26,843 bases of DNA from a virus. Lineage: Duplodnaviria > Caudoviricetes. Numbering within the stretch: the stretch's first letter is position 1; each line of letters begins with the position of its first letter. Shown here one piece after another: positions 24,413 through 26,843 of this stretch. The stretch covers positions 1-26,843 of the IMG/VR virus record IMGVR_UViG_3300032097_000023; one strand, given 5' to 3'. Made by a program: the position numbers and the translations under genes. Under the pieces are notes generated by a model. The model did no database searches. It saw only the letters and a list, made by a program, of their open reading frames with translations, and was not told where the DNA came from.

Positions 24413-24553
24413 CTACTCCACCCCGGCAATTTTCTTGGTGGCTCTTGCAAGCATCTGTTGTAGAGGTGAACCCGATTCCCACTGCTCGAGTCGGTAGGGT
24501 TTTTGTTCAATGAACTGTCTGGCCTGCTCTTCCAGGGAGAGTTCGTCGGTCAT
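24413..24553 (-). CDS. 46-aa hypothetical protein
   Basis: MTDELSLEEQARQFIEQKPYRLEQWESGSPLQQMLARATKKIAGVE*; ATGA overlap with the upstream RHH gene; ends in TAG. Confidence 0.6.
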   Translation of the reverse strand: MTDELSLEEQARQFIEQKPYRLEQWESGSPLQQMLARATKKIAGVE

Positions 24554-24786
24554 GCTTCCACCGCCGTACCTGCCATGTTTCCATGTAGGCTTATTCCATA
24601 CTGCTCTGCATTCTCGCACAGATTTTTACTGTTCAGCGCACAGAACAGCATGCCTATTGCTTTCTCTACTGCATCAGACCTGCTTGAAAACAGGTGATGC
24701 GAACCGACCAATACGTCAAGCTGTTTCTCAGTTAGTGGGGAAACAGATGTTGTTAGCAAGGGTTTGTTTCTTTTCATTTCTTTCAA
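24550..24786 (-). CDS. RHH (CopG/Arc-like) regulator, paralog of the divergent repressor
   Basis: KRNKPLLTTSVSPLTEKQLDVLVGSHHLFSSRSDAVEKAI; likely start MKRNK near 24777. Confidence 0.75.
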   Translation of the reverse strand: MKEMKRNKPLLTTSVSPLTEKQLDVLVGSHHLFSSRSDAVEKAIGMLFCALNSKNLCENAEQYGISLHGNMAGTAVEA

Positions 24787-24925
24787 TCTCCTTCATTTGC
24801 ATTCCTAGTCTTAGGAGGTCACGCCCCGCGTCTCCTCGGTTCATGTATTCGCCATTTTGAATATACGCGTCTACTTTGTCAGCGAGTTTAACCGGGCACC
24901 GGAACGCGATTGTAACGTCTTCCAT
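24728..24925 (-). CDS. RHH (CopG/Arc-like) regulator, first early gene
   Basis: VTIAFRCPVKLADKVDAYIQNGEYMNRGDAGRDLLRLG; GAGGT RBS. Confidence 0.8.
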   Translation of the reverse strand: MEDVTIAFRCPVKLADKVDAYIQNGEYMNRGDAGRDLLRLGMQMKEIERNEKKQTLANNICFPTN

Positions 24926-25008
24926 TGATATACCTCAGTTACAACAATTATATTGCAATTGGTATACACATAAAAAAAAGAGCTGTATTGTATTTATTCT
25001 TTTTGCTA

Positions 25009-25245
25009 TTGTTAGTAAAAAGAAACAAACCGTTAATAACGGCAAGTGTTAGTCCCTATATAAAAGAGCAAGCGGACGCACTCGTGGATTCGGGCAACTT
25101 TGGGAGTATGTCCGATCTTGTCAGTATTGCCTTAGCGGAGTTTATTGGAAATTACAAGCGTGAACACGGCATGACTGCTCACAAATCACCCTTAACTACT
25201 TCAAAAGACGACAAGCCGATTGTTGTTGAGCACATAATCGAGTAA
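25009..25245 (+). CDS. RHH repressor candidate, divergent from the early operon
   Basis: KRNKPLITASVSPYIKEQADALVDSGNFGSMSDLVSIALAEFI; TTG at 25009 preferred to the ORF-track start at 24925. Confidence 0.75.
   Translation: MLVKRNKPLITASVSPYIKEQADALVDSGNFGSMSDLVSIALAEFIGNYKREHGMTAHKSPLTTSKDDKPIVVEHIIE
25175..25245 (+). repeat. 71-bp imperfect direct repeat, copy 1 (3' end of repressor gene)
   Basis: 67/71 identical to 26456-26526. Confidence 0.95.
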
Positions 25246-25335
25246 TTTTTTTGGCATTATTAACAGTGTGAATATATAATTTGTATGTAGAAAATAAATC
25301 AAAAATGGAATCAATAGACTAGAATCAAAAGGTGT

Positions 25336-26412
25336 ATGAATATGGACTTTATCGATCATGTAAAAGCGTTGGCTGCTAAGGTGCCTGCCCTGAAAGACAG
25401 CATCCAGACTGAAGAAGCGACAAAAAACGCACTTGTTATGCCAATGATTAATATTCTTGGCTACAATGTTTTTGACCCTACGGAAGTAATTCCGGAATTT
25501 ACTGCAGATCATGGCACCAAGAAAGGCGAAAAAGTAGATTATGCAATCATCAAAGACAACGAGCCTATCATATTAATAGAGTGCAAACCGATCGGATCAG
25601 ACTTAAACACCAACCACGCATCACAATTATTTAGATACTTCAATGTTACTTCTGCGAAAGTGGGTATTCTAACCAATGGTACAACATATCGATTCTTTTC
25701 AGATCTAGAAGATGCCAACAAAATGGATGACAAACCTTTCCTGGAAATAGACCTTCTCAATCTCAAAGATGAACAGGTAGAGGAGTTGAAGCGCTTTAAA
25801 AAAGAACGTTTTGATATTTGTGAACTTGAATCGGTTGCAAATGAATTAAAATATACTAAGGAAATTAAACAGATACTTTTAAAAGAAATGAACAAACCAT
25901 CTGATGAGTTTGTTAAGTTCTTTGCTAATCAGGTATATACTGGCCGGATCACACCCAATAAGCGTGACCAGTTTACAGCAATCACCAAAAATGCATTTAA
26001 CCAGTTTATTAACGACCGTATCAATGAAAGGTTAAAGATTGCAATGTCAGACAGGGATACTGTAGACTCTGTCGAAATAGATGATGACATAGAACCTGTT
26101 GATGATGGAATAGTCACTACTGAAGAAGAAATCGAAGGGTATCATATCGTCAAAGCAATTCTCCGTGAAACTATCTCGCCTGAACGGATTATTATGAGAG
26201 ATACTAAAAGCTATTGTGGGATTCTTTTAGATGATAACAATCGAAAACCAATATGTAGACTTCGATTTAATTCTTCTCAGAAATATGTAGGTATCCTTGA
26301 TGATGAACGCAAAGAAGTAAAAACACCCATTGAAGAACTGAATGATATCTACAAGCTGGCAGATGTGATTAAAGCAGCCGTTGAGCGAATGGAAAGTCTA
26401 AATGATAATTAG
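25336..26412 (+). CDS. HsdR_N-like PD-(D/E)xK restriction endonuclease-family protein (prophage-associated type)
   Basis: EEATKNALVMP..LGYNVFDPTEVIPEF, EKVDYAI..IILIECK, QLFRYF, ILTNG..YRFFSD and C-terminal LDDNNRKPICRL. Confidence 0.85.
   Translation: MNMDFIDHVKALAAKVPALKDSIQTEEATKNALVMPMINILGYNVFDPTEVIPEFTADHGTKKGEKVDYAIIKDNEPIILIECKPIGSDLNTNHASQLFRYFNVTSAKVGILTNGTTYRFFSDLEDANKMDDKPFLEIDLLNLKDEQVEELKRFKKERFDICELESVANELKYTKEIKQILLKEMNKPSDEFVKFFANQVYTGRITPNKRDQFTAITKNAFNQFINDRINERLKIAMSDRDTVDSVEIDDDIEPVDDGIVTTEEEIEGYHIVKAILRETISPERIIMRDTKSYCGILLDDNNRKPICRLRFNSSQKYVGILDDERKEVKTPIEELNDIYKLADVIKAAVERMESLNDN
25512..25566 (+). repeat. 55-bp exact direct repeat, copy 2 (copy 1 at 1-55)
   Basis: Direct comparison. 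Confidence 0.97.
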
Positions 26413-26424
26413 TATACTTGCCTA

Positions 26425-26526
26425 ATGTATAAGCGTGAGCAGAAAGAGAAGACAGCTGCTCACAAATCACCCTTAACTACTTCAAAAGACGATAAGCCAA
26501 TTATAGTTGAGCACATAATCGAGTAA
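26425..26526 (+). pseudogene. Duplicated 3' end of the RHH repressor gene (contains copy 2 of the 71-bp repeat, 26456-26526)
   Basis: MYKREQKEKTAAHKSPLTTSKDDKPIIVEHIIE* versus YKREHGMTAHKSPLTTSKDDKPIVVEHIIE*. Confidence 0.75.
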
Positions 26527-26530
26527 AATT

Positions 26531-26552
26531 GGTTCGAATCGCACCCTTCGCA
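26531..26552 (+). other. Putative att core: 3' fragment of a tRNA (Leu-like)
   Basis: GGTTCGAATCGCACCCTTCGCA is a T loop plus acceptor 3' strand CCTTCGC-A with no 5' half; composition turns AT-rich after it. Confidence 0.7.
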
Positions 26553-26716
26553 CTTTAGAAAAGGGTAATAGGTAAGTGTAAAAAACGGAACTGTTATCAA
26601 ATTATGCAAGTGTTTTGTTAGTTTTTTTAAAATAGATTTTTTATATATAACCAAAAACAAAAGGTTTATAGTTAATTTTTTGCATATGGTATTATATTAA
26701 TGGAGAGTTTAATAAT

Positions 26717-26843
26717 ATGACTTTGAAATACAAGTTATCAAAGTATTTGAATAATCGAAAATATAAACCCTATTTCAAAATTATTCCAATCTTAAGTATA
26801 TTGGCAATTATCATATTGAATGCAGATAATGAATCTGCTTTTT
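26717..26843 (+). CDS. 5' part of a probable host membrane/secreted protein (runs off window)
   Basis: GGAG RBS; MTLKYKLSKYLNNRKYKPYFKIIPILSILAIIILNADNESAF..., open to the window end. Confidence 0.4.
   Translation, partial: MTLKYKLSKYLNNRKYKPYFKIIPILSILAIIILNADNESAF

Larger units (their letters stand above)
1..26552. mobile_element. Temperate archaeal head-tail provirus (Caudoviricetes, siphovirus-like), left end truncated within the integrase gene
   Basis: Complete ordered morphogenesis module (terS, terL, portal, protease, MCP, adaptor, tail tube, TAC, TMP, baseplate, fibre), repressor region, tRNA 3' fragment at 26531-26552 followed by AT-rich non-viral DNA, integrase-like C-terminus at 56-244. 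Confidence 0.93.

Noticed and set aside
24925-25008. N-terminal extension of the + strand RHH ORF
   Set aside because: Spans the divergent promoter region; similarity to the paralog begins at KRNKPL, just after the TTG at 25009
26500-26560. Complete tRNA gene
   Set aside because: Only the T loop and 3' acceptor strand are present; upstream sequence is the repressor-tail duplicate

Overview
The window is almost entirely one temperate head-tail (siphovirus-like, HK97-fold) archaeal provirus of about 26.5 kb. The host is most likely a Methanosarcinales methanogen; this is inferred from the NosD/beta-helix surface protein, the integrase-type C-terminal Zn ribbon, RHH regulators and archaeal TATA promoters. 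On the minus strand, an early operon of small RHH/Zn-finger genes and an iteron/palindrome-rich putative origin lead into terS, terL, a portal-MuF fusion, a ChaB-protease-scaffold fusion, the major capsid protein, adaptor, tail tube, a +1 frameshifted tail chaperone, tape measure, baseplate/fibre genes and a papain-like candidate lysin. The right end carries a divergent RHH repressor, an HsdR_N-type nuclease cassette and a tRNA-Leu-like 3' fragment (putative att, 26531-26552), followed by AT-rich host DNA. The left end is the 3' end of an integrase-like gene joined in frame to a 55-bp exact copy of the nuclease gene. Highlights: (1) a DUF2829/Tad2-family immune-signal sponge inside the tail operon, in frame behind the only amber stop of the late region; (2) a 27-bp late promoter repeated three times, each preceded by a cargo slot (surface adhesin, RelBE-type TA, anti-SD sRNA candidate); (3) a CI/Cro-like switch of paralogous RHH proteins; (4) a possible attP/integrase-deleted circular variant; (5) a tRNA-like RNA. 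All family assignments come from motif recognition by eye, not from database searches.
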